From the NCBI RefSeq assembly GCF_009914755.1, contig NC_060928.1: DNA of 64,000 bases. The stretch is one strand, 5' to 3'. The stretch's first letter is position 1. Each line of letters opens with the position of its first letter. This stretch comes from the human T2T-CHM13v2.0 reference genome, Homo sapiens. The notes under the pieces were generated by a model. The model saw only the letters and a list, made by a program, of their open reading frames with translations, was not told the DNA's origin and did not search any database. Shown piece after piece: positions 1 through 12,391 of the stretch. Made by a program: the position numbers and the translations under genes.

Positions 1-95
1 ATGATATTTGGTGGGTTAGGTGTATTAAATGCATTTTCAGTTTACAATATTTTTAACTTATGATGGGTTTATGGAGATGTAACTGTGGGCATCTG
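1..95 (-). mobile_element. MER47-like (TcMar-Tigger) DNA transposon 5' end, cut by the window edge
   Basis: Reverse complement reads CAGATGC...CATAAACCCATCATAAGTTAAAAATATTGTAAACTGAAAATGCATTTAATACACCTAACC, flanked by TA. Confidence 0.7.
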
Positions 96-387
96 TATAA
101 TTTAATGTAGTTTCAGGTAATGATAACTACTCAGAAGAACAGTTACAAAGGGCAAAGCAAGACTGGGCATGGAGTGGGTTCTCTTTTAGATGAAATGGTC
201 ACAAAAGCTCTCTTGGAAGGGGTTTCGGATGGCTCAGCTCACTTGCACATGCGCCAGTTTCCACCTATCCAAGTTCAGGGACCTGGGAGACAACAGTATA
301 GTACCGAGGAAAGAGCAGAAACTTGGTAGCTTGTCTTTCGTTGCGCTTGCATTGGAGGGGCACGACATTTCCTGCAGTCCTTGTGGC

Positions 388-645
388 TGTAAGCTGAAAA
401 TGCATTTACTACACATAACCCACCAGATACCATAGCTTAGCCTCGCCTACCCACGCTCAGAACACTTACATTAGCCCACGGGGGGCAAATCATCTAAGCC
501 TATTTGGTAATCAAGTGCTAAATATCTTATGTAATGTATTGAATGCTATAACTGAAAGTGAAAACAGAATGGTTGTATGGGTACTTGAAGTACTGTTTCT
601 ACTAAATGCATATGGCTTTTGCATCATCTTAAAGGTGAAAAATCC
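388..645 (+). mobile_element. MER47A-like (TcMar-Tigger) DNA transposon
   Basis: gctcagaacacttacattagcc...gaaagtgaaaacagaatggttgtatgggtacttgaagtac matches the remembered consensus. Confidence 0.7.
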
Positions 646-1029
646 TAATATCTGCTAGTAGCATGCATGAAAGGAAATGGCAGCACTTTGGAACTGCAGT
701 CATTGGAACCTGGACTTTCAAGACTGCCATTTACCAAGGGTTTTCTATGAACGAGGCACCTCATCCACCAACCAGGATGCTGAATGGAACTTCTCCATTG
801 AGATTTCCTGAGTCCCCAGAAGTGAAGACAATGGGTTCTCACACATTTTAAAAGGAGGCGTTAGACACATGACCACAGAAATGCCCAAATCTGCAAAAAC
901 CTGTGACCCTTGCTCACCGCTCACTTCCAACCTACACAAGAGATAAGAAATTCAGAGAAGATTGATCAGAGAAAGCTATCCCTTAAAGCAAATGCACAGA
1001 TGTGGAGCTTGTGACAGTGTTTGTCCTCC

Positions 1030-1190
1030 TTTTTATTATTTTTAGAGGCAGAGTCTCGCTGTGTCACCCAGGCTGGAATGCAGTGGCACAATCATAGCTC
1101 ACTGCAGCCTTGAGCTCCTGGGCCCGAGGGATCCTCGCAGCTCAGCCTCTTGAGGAGCTGGGGCTACAGACCCACACCATTGTGCCTAAC
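1030..1190 (-). mobile_element. Old Alu monomer (FRAM/AluJ right arm)
   Basis: gagtctcgctgtgtcacccaggctggaatgcagtggcacaatcatagctcactgcagcc. Confidence 0.85.
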
Positions 1191-1789
1191 TTGTTTCTCC
1201 TTCTTTTCTGAGAGGAAAGAGAAAAGCCAGGGCTCCTCATCCTAAATGAGGGGAAGGGGCAGGAGAATCTCTGGGGAGGGGAAGGGGTGTCCATGGGCCA
1301 GTCTGGTTTCTGACTACGTGCTGAATGTCTCCTAAGCTGCTAAACTGTGCACCCAGGGCCACTACAAGGCCAGAGCAGAGTGCAGTGACAATGCTGGGTG
1401 ACACCTTGGCCTCCTGAACTTTGGAGGTCACACACTAGAGTCAGCTTTTTTCCTGAAGATGTCCAGGATGCATGAGGAGGATGGTCAGGCAGCCTGGGGA
1501 GCAGCCTGCACCCCCAGAGACTGGCTGGGCAGAGGGAACACCAAGGAAGGGGCCGGACTAGAGCCACCCTGGAAACAACCCTGCCCAAGCAGGCTGCCTG
1601 GCAGAACTCCAGGGCGGGCCCCTGGGGCGGGAGATGAAGAGATGAGAAGGAGCTGGGAGAGGTCAGAACAGAGGGTGCATCTATCATGCCAGCAGGCCCC
1701 AGGTGGGGGCAGGGGTGGAAGTGAGGCTAGTGGATATCTCTGAAGAACCCACAAAAGGTACCTCTTGGAAGAGAGAAAAGAAAGAGGGC

Positions 1790-2245
1790 TGTTATGGGTT
1801 GAACTGTGTCCCTCAAAAAGATGTGTTGAATGAATTCCTCACCCCTAGAACCTGTGAAGGTGACCTTATTTGGGAATGGGGTTGGGGCTGATGTAATCAG
1901 TTAGAATGAGGTTGTAGTGGACCAGGGGGGGCCCTTAATCCAATATGACTGTTGTACTTATCAGAAAAGGGAAATTTGGAAACAGACACAGAGAAGAGAG
2001 CACCATTTGAATAGATGCAAAGATTGGAGTCATGGTATCACTATCTAAGGATAGTGCTTTGGGGGCTGCCAGAAGCTGGAAAAGGCAAAATATGACCCTG
2101 CCCCAGGGGTTTCAGAGGGAGGCTGGTCCTGCCAACACCTTGATTTTGGACTTCTAGCTTTCAGAACTGTGAGAGAATAAATTTCTGTTGATGTAGGACA
2201 CCCAGTTTGAGATATGCTGCTATGGCAACCCTAGCAAACTAATAT
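1790..2245 (+). mobile_element. MLT1 (MaLR) solo LTR, MLT1B/C-like
   Basis: Starts tgttatgggttgaactgtgtccc; contains ggacttctagctttcagaactgtgagagaataaatttctgttg; ends gcaaactaata. Confidence 0.85.
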
Positions 2246-3271
2246 AAGGGCCAACCTTTGGGCATCTGCCACATAGAAGACCCATGGCCAGATACTCCAA
2301 GAGTCAGGTGAGGCAGCCTTGAGTTCACATCTCCCCTCCGCCACCCACCCCTTCCCCCAGCTCCAGGTGCAACAGGGCATATGAGGGACACACCGGGTCC
2401 TATTCCTGGGGCTGTCCTTGCCTAAGCTGGGGAAAAGGCAACTGCTTTGAATGGGACGTGAGATGGAAAAAAAAAAAAAAAAAAGCGAAACAGAAGATCT
2501 GAGTGGCTTAAATTGGACTTCAATCTTTTTACTACTAGAACATGCTATAGGATCTACCTAGACTGTGAGAAGTTTCCCCAAAGAGTCCACAGGAAACATA
2601 TAGGTAGGAATATCTGATGGGCTCTGGCCCAAAACTTTCCTCTAAGCCTCAAGGAGAGCCAAAGCACTATTCTGAAAATGTTGGAGGCAGAAGAAAGTTT
2701 TCTCAGATTCCCTGGCATCTCCTGGGCTTCTCCATAAATGGAAAGAAGGCTCAGTTCAGCTTCACTGAAGTCTTGGATTCTTGTCCCCCAGGGACTGAAA
2801 CCAAACCTGGAGCCCAGGTCACTACAGGGAAATGATCCAGACCTCAAGGAATTTCAAAACACTTACTCAGGCAACAGCTTTACCTGGAAGCTGGCCAACA
2901 AAGGCCATATAATGGACAGAGCAACATTCTGTGGTTGGGGAAATGCTTTCAGAGAGGCAAGCCTTTGGGACTGTAGATTAGGATCCAAATACCAGTGTAA
3001 ATAGAGTAGAGCTTCCTGGTAGAGGGCTTGGTTGCTCAAGGTGAACAGTGTGTGTCTTTGTCCATGGTCAGCTCCACAGTCCAGAGTAAGTTACTCTATC
3101 ATCAGAGTTAATGGCAGGAAACAGAAAGTCCCCTAGTGGGTTTTAGGTATACAGAGAATTAATACAGTTAATTAGGTGCTTCCAGAAATCATCTGAAAGC
3201 TGTCAGGAAGTTGGGTGGCTCTAGACTGGGTCTCTAGGAGTGTTTAAAAGGCATCCCAAATTTGTTTTAAG

Positions 3272-3762
3272 CTGTTATGGTGAGACATGAAAGTGACTGT
3301 CATGAAGAAGTTTGCTACTCACAGGTCCCTAGAAGCAGGGCGTGCAGGGCCACATGGAGAAGCACCCATGTTAGTCCTTTACTGAGGTTTCCACAGGGAG
3401 GAACAGGTGAGGTAGTGTCAGCAGCTTTAGGATTGTCTAATTTGAATAATCTTAGCAGGCTCTTGGGCACAGGGGCTGCCCCTGGTTGTGTGTCCCTAAT
3501 TGTCTTTCCCTAGGGCTGACCCCGGTTGTCCAGCCCTGGGGTGATTAGAGCAGGCAGATAGTGGCCTGGAGTATGAGAACAGATATAGGAGGTGGTTGGG
3601 GTATGGCTCTGGATTGGTTGGTTTGCATATGAAAGGCACATTGGCTCACACACCAGACATTTGCTATTCCTAGGAATTCGCTAGTCCAGTAAGGGGTGGT
3701 CCCTCCAGGGTCAGCAAAGCCCCAAGATGTCAAAGCATCAAAAATACAGAATAAAAACACAA
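3272..3762 (-). mobile_element. ERVL-class solo LTR (MER54/MER74/MER76-like group; subfamily uncertain)
   Basis: Reverse complement TTCTGTATTTTTGATGCTTTGACATCTTGGGGCTTTGCTGACCCTGGAGGGAC...TTTCATATGCAAACCAACCAATCCAGAGCC. Confidence 0.65.
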
Positions 3763-4939
3763 ACTGGGCAAGGAATTGCTTCTGCAACATTTGAGAAGGC
3801 AAGGAAATGGGGCTACAAGGAAGCTCATGAGTGCCAGAGGATTAAGATAGTGTCTGTAAACCACTAGTAGAGTTAAAGGCATTAAATCCTCAATTAATAG
3901 CGACTGCTACAATTCTTAGCATTGCTTTCAGTTCTGTAACTTGGGCTACACAGACAATGATCACATTATTAGGTTTGCACTTAAAAAGAAAAAAAAGTCC
4001 CCTGTCATTTGACTATCTCTGAGACATCTGGAGTTTGAGACTCTCCGGGAGCACAGTACTAATCACACGTACACTCCAGCAATACTGGATGCACTAAGTT
4101 AAACTGGTGACCTGGAGCATATTTGAGGTGCGTAGTTCTGAACCTTACCTTTTGATAAAGGTTTGGTCCTTGCTGGGGGCTGACATTGCCTATAAGAGGA
4201 CCTAACAAAGCTCAGTGCTCTTTCCAGCATCTTCCTGTAATACCCTTAGAGGTCTTCTAATCGTGTAGTGCTTTCTGTTGCCCACTAGCCAAGGAGCAGA
4301 GTGAAGTGAGACCCAAACCAGAAAGTAAACCTGAAATGCAGGCAGAGAGGGCCAATCCCCACATGCACAGAGCAGAAGTGCAGAAAAGGGGGGCAGAGGA
4401 CACAACTCTTGTGAGCACCCTGGACAGCTGTTTTGCATTTAGCCATCGGCAACGCCATGAGGCTGAGATGTGTCTCAGTTTTATAGAGGATGGCAAAGCT
4501 CAAGAGGTTATGCACTAGCAGAGGTCCCACAGCAGGGTTCACACCCAGGTCTACCTAACTCTGCAGGCCAGGAGGCTTCCAACCACACTACACAGCCTGG
4601 AGAAAGAACTGCACATGAAGAATGAGCTGTGGAGGAGGCTGCCATCGCCATGCCCATAGAGGGCAGCCAGGTGTGGTTGGGGAAACGGTGGAGTGAGGTC
4701 AGAGCCTCAGAGAACAGCAATAGAGGCAGGCTGCAAAGACTTCCCCCCATGTCCCTGTTCTCCCACAGATGCCCACCCAACTTCCCAAACTGGAACTGCA
4801 TTTCTGTGCACTTTTGCTAATGGAAATCCCAGCAGAGGACTTTGTGACTTTTATGGTTTGTTTTAATAACACACCCCTCACGATTACTAAAGTAATACAC
4901 ATCATTGTAAAACAGAGAAATGGACCTTGTATGAAAACA

Positions 4940-5640
4940 AGCCACCACACCCACTAGGATGGCTGTCATAAAAAAGACAGATAATAGCAGGGTTGGTAAG
5001 GGTGGGAGATATTGGAACCCTCATAGTCTGCTGGCTTCTGGTACAGCTACTTTACAAAACAGATTGGCAGGTCCTTAGAAAGTTAGACAGAGTTACCATG
5101 TGACTCAGCAATTCCACTCCTGGGGATATGCCCAAGAGAAATGAAATTATAGGTCTACAGAACAGTGTGTACATGAATGTTCACAACAGCATCTAAAGGT
5201 GGAAGCAATCTAAATGTCTACTAATTAATGTGTAGGTAAAGAAAATATGGTGTATCTATACAATAAATGTTATTCAGCAATACAAAGGAATGAAGTGCTG
5301 ATATGTGCTGTGACATGGATAAACCTTAAAAATGTTATGCTAAGTAAAAGCAGCCAGTCACAAAAGACCACCTGTTGTATGATTCCACTTTCATGAAATG
5401 TCCAGAGTTCATAAATCTATAGATAGACAGTAGGTTAGTGATTTCCTAAGGCTGGGGTGGGTGGGTGGCTACTAGTGAGTATAGGGTTTCTTTGGAGGGT
5501 TACAAAAGTGTTCTAACATTGATCATGGTGATGGTTGTACAACTCTGTGAATATACTAGAAATTATTGACTTGTACACTTTAAATGGGTGAATTTTATGA
5601 TATATGAATTACATGTCAATAAAGATGCTATAAAAATTAT
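4940..5640 (+). mobile_element. Old L1M (L1MB/L1ME-like) 3' fragment
   Basis: cacacccactaggatggct...gcaattccactcctggg...gatggttgtacaactctgtgaatatact...aataaa. Confidence 0.8.
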
Positions 5641-6280
5641 AAAAACTTGCATGTGGACATTTTTAGCAGCTTTATTCATAATCGCCAAGATTTAAAAGCA
5701 CCAAGATGTCCTTCAACAGATGAATGAGTAAATACACTGTGGGACATCCAGAATACGAAATATTATTCAATGCTTAAATGAGCTGCCAAGCCATGAAAAG
5801 ATGTGAAGGAAGCTTAAATGCGTATTTCTATGTGAAAGGATCCAGTGTGAAAAGCTACACACTGTATAATTCCAAATGCTGTATATGACATTCTGAAAAA
5901 GGTAAAATTATAGAGACAGTAAAAAGTTCAGTTGTTGCTAGGGATTGTGGGGAAGGAAGGATGAAGAGGCAGAGCACAGAGGATATTTAGTGCAGTGAAA
6001 CTATTCCATATGATACTATGATGGTGGATCCATGTCATTACTCATTTGTCAAAGCTCAAAGAATGTACAGCACCAAGAGTGAACCCTAACGAAAACTATG
6101 AACTTTGGATGATAATGATGCGTCAATGTAGAATTGTCATCAGTTCTAACAAATGCACCACCCTGGTGGGGGACGTTGATAGTGGGGGTGGCTGTGAGTG
6201 TGGTGGGTGGAGAACATATGGGAACTCAGTACATTACACTCAATTTTTATGTGAACCTAAAACTGGTTTAAAAAATAAAT
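5641..6280 (+). mobile_element. L1MC/L1MD-like 3' fragment
   Basis: gcagctttattcataatcgcca...gaatgtacagcaccaagagtgaaccctaa...gtgaacctaaaactg. Confidence 0.8.
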
Positions 6281-6289
6281 GCATGCAAA

Positions 6290-7565
6290 AATACAGTTAG
6301 GTAGAAGGAATAAATCCTATGATTTTATAGTATAGTAGGGAAATTATAGCTAACGATAATTTATTGTACACTTCAATACAGCTGGAAGAATTGTAATGTT
6401 CCCAATACAAATAAAAGATAAATGTTTGAGGTGATGGATATACCAATTGCTCTGATTTGATCATTAAGCCTTTTACACATGTGTCAAAATATCACACGTG
6501 TTGCGGGAAGTCAGGGACCCCGAATGGAGGGACCGGCTGGAGCCGCAGCAGAGGAACATAAATTTTGAAGATTTCATGGGCATTTATCAGTTCCCAAATA
6601 ATACTTTTATAATTTCTTATGCCTGTCTTTACTTTAATCTCTTAATCCTGTTATCTTCGTAAGCTGAGGACGTACATCACCTCAGGACCACTGTGATAAT
6701 TGTGTTAACTCTACAAATTGATTGTAAAACATGTGTGTTTGAACAATATGAAATCAGTGCACCTTGAACAAAAACAGAATAACAGTGATTTTTAGGGAAC
6801 AAGGGAAGACAACCATAAGGTCTGACTGCCAGCGGGGGCGGGCAAAAAGAGCCTTATTTTTCTTCTTGCAGAGAGCCTATAAACAGACATGCAAGTGGGA
6901 GAGATATCGCTGAATTCTTTTCCTAGCAAGGAATACTAATACTAATACCCTGGGAAAGGAATGTGTTCCTGGGGGGAGGTCTATAAACGGCCGCTCTGGG
7001 AGTGTCTGTCTTATGCGGTTGAGATAAGGACTGAGATACGCCCTGGTCTCCTGCAGTACCCTCAGGCTTACTAGGGTGGGGAAAAAACTCTGCCCTGGTA
7101 AATTCGTGGTCAGACCAGTTCTCTGCTCTCGAACCCTGTTTTCTGTTGTTTAAGATGTTTATCAAGACAATACGTGCGCCGCTGAACATAGACCCTTATC
7201 AGTGGTTCTACTTTTGCCCTTTGCCTTGTGATCTTTGTTGGACCCTTATTAGTAGTTCTGCTTTTTGCCCTTTGAAGCATGTGATCTACTCCCTGTTCTC
7301 ACACCCCCTCACCTTTTGGAACCCTTAATAAAAAACTTGCTGATTTGAGGCTCAGGTGGGCATGACGGTCCTACTGATATGTGATGTCACCCCCAGTGGC
7401 CCAGCTGTAAAATTCCTCTCTTTGTACTCTTTCTCTTTATTGCTCAGCTGGCCGACACTTACGGAAAATAGAAAGAACCTACATTGAAATATTGGGGGGC
7501 AGGTTCCCCCAATAACATGTACCTACCAAATATGTACAACTATGATATAACAATAAAAAAACACA
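6290..7565 (+). mobile_element. L1MA-like 3' end interrupted by a MER11 LTR
   Basis: taaatgtttgaggtgatggata...aaaatatcac[LTR]atgtacc...aataaaaaa; removing the LTR restores aaaatatcacatgtacc. Confidence 0.75.
6499..7514 (+). mobile_element. MER11 (MER11A/B-like) solo LTR of HERV-K(HML-8)
   Basis: Starts TGTTGCGGGAAGTCAGGGACCCCG and ends GGTTCCCCCAATA; about 1 kb; flanks ACACG (6494-6498) and ACATG (7515-7519); TATAAA 6982-6987, AATAAA 7327-7332. Confidence 0.9.
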
Positions 7566-7733
7566 AAAGCCTAGTTTTTAAAAATTGCATAATGAAAAAA
7601 AAACACGTGGGAGTCTGACCACACACACAAATATGATAATCACTCAACAGTTCAACCAATGTTCTTGGCTCTTTGTAAAGACTTAAAAATATAGTTTCCT
7701 ATTATAGTTTTTCGCCTGTTTCTCCTTTGCTAG

Positions 7734-8205
7734 GGTGAAAGGAAAATAAATCTTGGGGCCCCAAAATCACTAAGCTAAAGGGAAAAGTCAAACTGGGAAC
7801 TGCTTAGGGCCAACCTGCCTCCCATTCCATTCAAAATCATCCCTCTGTTCACTGAGATAAATGCATATCTGATTGCTTCCTTTGGAAAGGTTTATCAGAA
7901 ACTCAAAAGAATGCAACCATTTGTCTCTTATCTACCTATGACCTGGAAGTCTTCCTTGCTGTTTTGAGTTGTCCCGCTTTTGCTTCAAGTTGTCCTGCTT
8001 TTCTGGACAGAACCAATGTTCAACTTACATATGTTGATTGATGTCTCATGTCTCCCTAAAATGTATTAAACCAAGCTGTTCTCCAGCCACCTTGGGAGCA
8101 TGTCATCAGGCCCTCCTGAGGCTGTGTCATAGGCACACATCCTTAACCTTGGCAAAATAAACTTTCTAAATTGACTGGACCTGTCTCAGATATTTAGGGT
8201 TCACA
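7734..8205 (+). mobile_element. MER4A-like (ERV1) solo LTR
   Basis: gtgaaaggaaaataaatcttggggccccaaaatcactaagc...aataaactttctaaattgac...gggttcaca; 4-bp TSD CTAG (7730-7733 and 8206-8209). Confidence 0.85.
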
Positions 8206-8404
8206 CTAGCGATATGATAGAAGCATTTTTCTATGTCAATAAAGATGTTATATTTTAAAATATCTCTATGGAAATGTATTATGTGGATGAACTATAATTA
8301 ATTTAAACACCACATTTTTTAGACATCATCATAACTTGTGTTATTATAAAGAACATTGTGAACAAATCACATGTTCCTAAAATAGATTCTTAATGACAAT
8401 AAAA

Positions 8405-8820
<416 letters not shown>

Positions 8821-9216
8821 CCCAAAATATACTGAGTTTATGTATCTTTTAATTCTTTTGATACCTTCTGTCAAATAGCTCTGGGCCCAGAAAAGTCATA
8901 TTAATTTATACTTTCTACCAAAAATGCAGAAAGTGCTCATGATCCCAATCAGCATTGGTTTTATAGTTCTTCATTATCTTGTATTAATTTAATATGCAAA
9001 AACTAGTCTCTTGTTCTTGTTTCAACTTGTAATTTTTAAGTTACTTGAGAGATTGCATATTTTTATGCTTACTGGCTGTATGCATTAAATTTTTTCTGGA
9101 ATCAGTTTTGCATATCCCTTTCTTCTTTTCCATTGAGCTCTCTTTTTTCTTATTGATTTTTTTATGGCAATATCACCTTTGTCATATAATTTCCAAATAT
9201 GTTTCATGCTTTATGA

Positions 9217-9517
<301 letters not shown>

Positions 9518-12061
9518 ACGATTTTTTCTTGTAACTTGACATTCCATTATTTTTTATTGATTATTGATTTTAGACTAAAATCAAGTGTGGGCTCCAGTTA
9601 GAAACCTTGGACATAGAGAGGGGTGGCAAAGCACAGGAGAATGGTTTTCAATTGTTTTAAAGCAGTAGAAAACTTTTTGTCTGATAAAATTTTATTCAGA
9701 ACCTAGCGTGAGATATAAAATATTTTGCAACCCAAAGGCATAGGCACCAATTGGAATAGACTCAGGCCTTAGCCATGCCAGGTGTTGTCCTTTGAATGGG
9801 GAGAATCTTGGGACATAGCAAGTGTGCAGGTGTCCTCCAGGAGTGGGCCTCTGAGAACTTGCTCTTTCAGGGGTCTGCCTTATTACTCCAAGGTGGAGTG
9901 GGAAAAGGGATATTTAGGGAACTTGGCTTCCTGGGCTGTCCCGCCAGCTTCGGTAGCTCTCCTGGCCTCCAGCCCCAGAGGCTGTCTCCTGAGCAGGGAG
10001 ACATGTAATGCTAATCTCCCCAAATGGATCTCATCTTTTCATGTAGGTCTTGGCAGTTCTTCCACTGAAGAAGGGTGGGTCAGAGGTTCCTACAGTGGGG
10101 AAGAGGGCAGGTGTGGGTAAGGGCAGCAAGGGAGACATGACCTGTCCTCCTTATTCCTTGGACCTCACAGGTGGAGGTGGCCTCACAGAAGAGACTGTGT
10201 CTGAATGAAGAGAGTGGGGAACTCACCTTTCCCTAGCCACTCTTCTCATCCTGTCCTTCCAGTCGCTCTAGGAACTACACCCTCCCTCTACCATCTTGCT
10301 TTGTGTGTTTTGTCATCTTGCTACCACTGGATGCCCAGGTATCATGAAGGGGAGACCGCAGGGTCTTCTGAATGTGGGTCAGTCTGAGAACTGGCTGAAT
10401 TCTGCATTATATGGAAGGAAGCAGGACATGTCAACGTGAGTCTTGATTTTTCTCGGAAACAACTGAGTCTGGCTCCCCTAAGGAAAGCATGTTCCATCTG
10501 TAATGTGTCTTGGATCTTGATCCTTGAGAAACAAAAGCCCTGGAATTATTGAGGTTTTAACTAAGGAGCCTTTGACACTGCCTGAGCCTGGTTTATACTG
10601 CCAGTTACAACATTTAGCTGCCAATGGCTCTTTCTTAATCCTCTTTGATGACTGGCACCAGTTGCACCTGGGATTGTTTCCTCTGATTCTGAATGGGATG
10701 ATGTTGCCACCCTTCCGTCTGCCATAGCGGAATGGTCTTTTGCATCAGACAGACTGGGTTTAATTCTCATCTCCCCACCTGCTGCATGATTTTAGGGGGT
10801 TCACTTGGCCTGCCTAGATCTCAGGCTCCTCAGCTATAGGCCTGAGATATTACCCTCCTTGCTGTGAGGATTAAGACAGGATATGGCAAGTACCCATCCC
10901 TCTTTCCTCTGTACCCTTTGGTCCCTGTGTGGAATCAGCTGATGTGCATGTCATCTGGAGGGGCCCATAGAAGAGGACAGTTCTAGCACCTTTCGCTGCT
11001 CTGCTGGTCTTGCTCCTTCTACGGACTGGACCTGGTCCAGCTATCAAACACTGCTCTCAGCACCGCAGAAAGGCTGCAGAGGGAGCGGACCAGACAAGGG
11101 TTCAAGTAGGGTCTGAAGCCAGCCTGCCTGGATTTAAATCCTGCCTCTGCCACTTACTGTATTACTTTGAGCTTGCAGCTTCTCTCTAAATCGCAGGGTT
11201 GATGAGTTGTAAATGGCTATTTAAATGTAAAAGCTTGATGTCATTTGATCATAACAGTAGCGCGGGAAAATGAACCACTCTAGGACGAAACCCAGGGGTG
11301 AGGAGGCTGCCTTTGTGTTTGTAGACAGAGTTCACGGACACATAGAAGACTCTAATTCCCAGTTAGGATGCTGCTTCTGCAACGAGATAAGACCTCAGCT
11401 TTTCAAATGGGGTCAGGAGCTTGCTAGGGGGATTATCCTGTGGCCTAATTAAGTAGTGGGAAGCAAAAGGACTTTTGCAAGTGAAGGAAAAGACTACATT
11501 GGTATCAGTGATCTATGTTAAAATGACAGAGCTAATTACTGCCATTTTAATTAGGAAATCATAGGAATGCAATTTATTGTGGCAGTAGGGTGCTCTCTTC
11601 AAGCAGTGGGGTGGGACAAATCCACAGCTGTGGGTCAGAGACTTGCATTTGGGTGGGTCTTGACTTCATGGCTAGTGTGTGATCTGTGACCTAGGCCAGG
11701 CTGTCTAGCCTTTGCAGGCCTTTCCTGCTCTGAAAAATGAAGATAATTAAACCGATTTAATCTAGTAGAGAAGATAGTTGATGAGAACACAGTACAGAAA
11801 GTTCCAGGCTCTACAATATGCAAAGATTTATTATCATCACATCTTGATCATTTCTCTCATCTCTCAGAGCAGGGGAGCCCTACCTTATCGGAAAATGGAG
11901 ATTTTGTTTCCTTGCTCATTAGTTATTTGTCCACAGCCTTTACCCACAAAAACTCAATGTATAGAAGTGTATGTATCTATTTTTAAAATTACTTATAAGA
12001 AACAGCCATCTGAAACTCTCTGTGGTATTTGTGGCAATCAGTATTTTAATAAATATGATAA

Positions 12062-12391
<330 letters not shown>

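Noticed and set aside
4650-4668. CTCF-like CCCATAGAGGGCAG
   Set aside because: Mismatches at key 5' core positions; too weak to call
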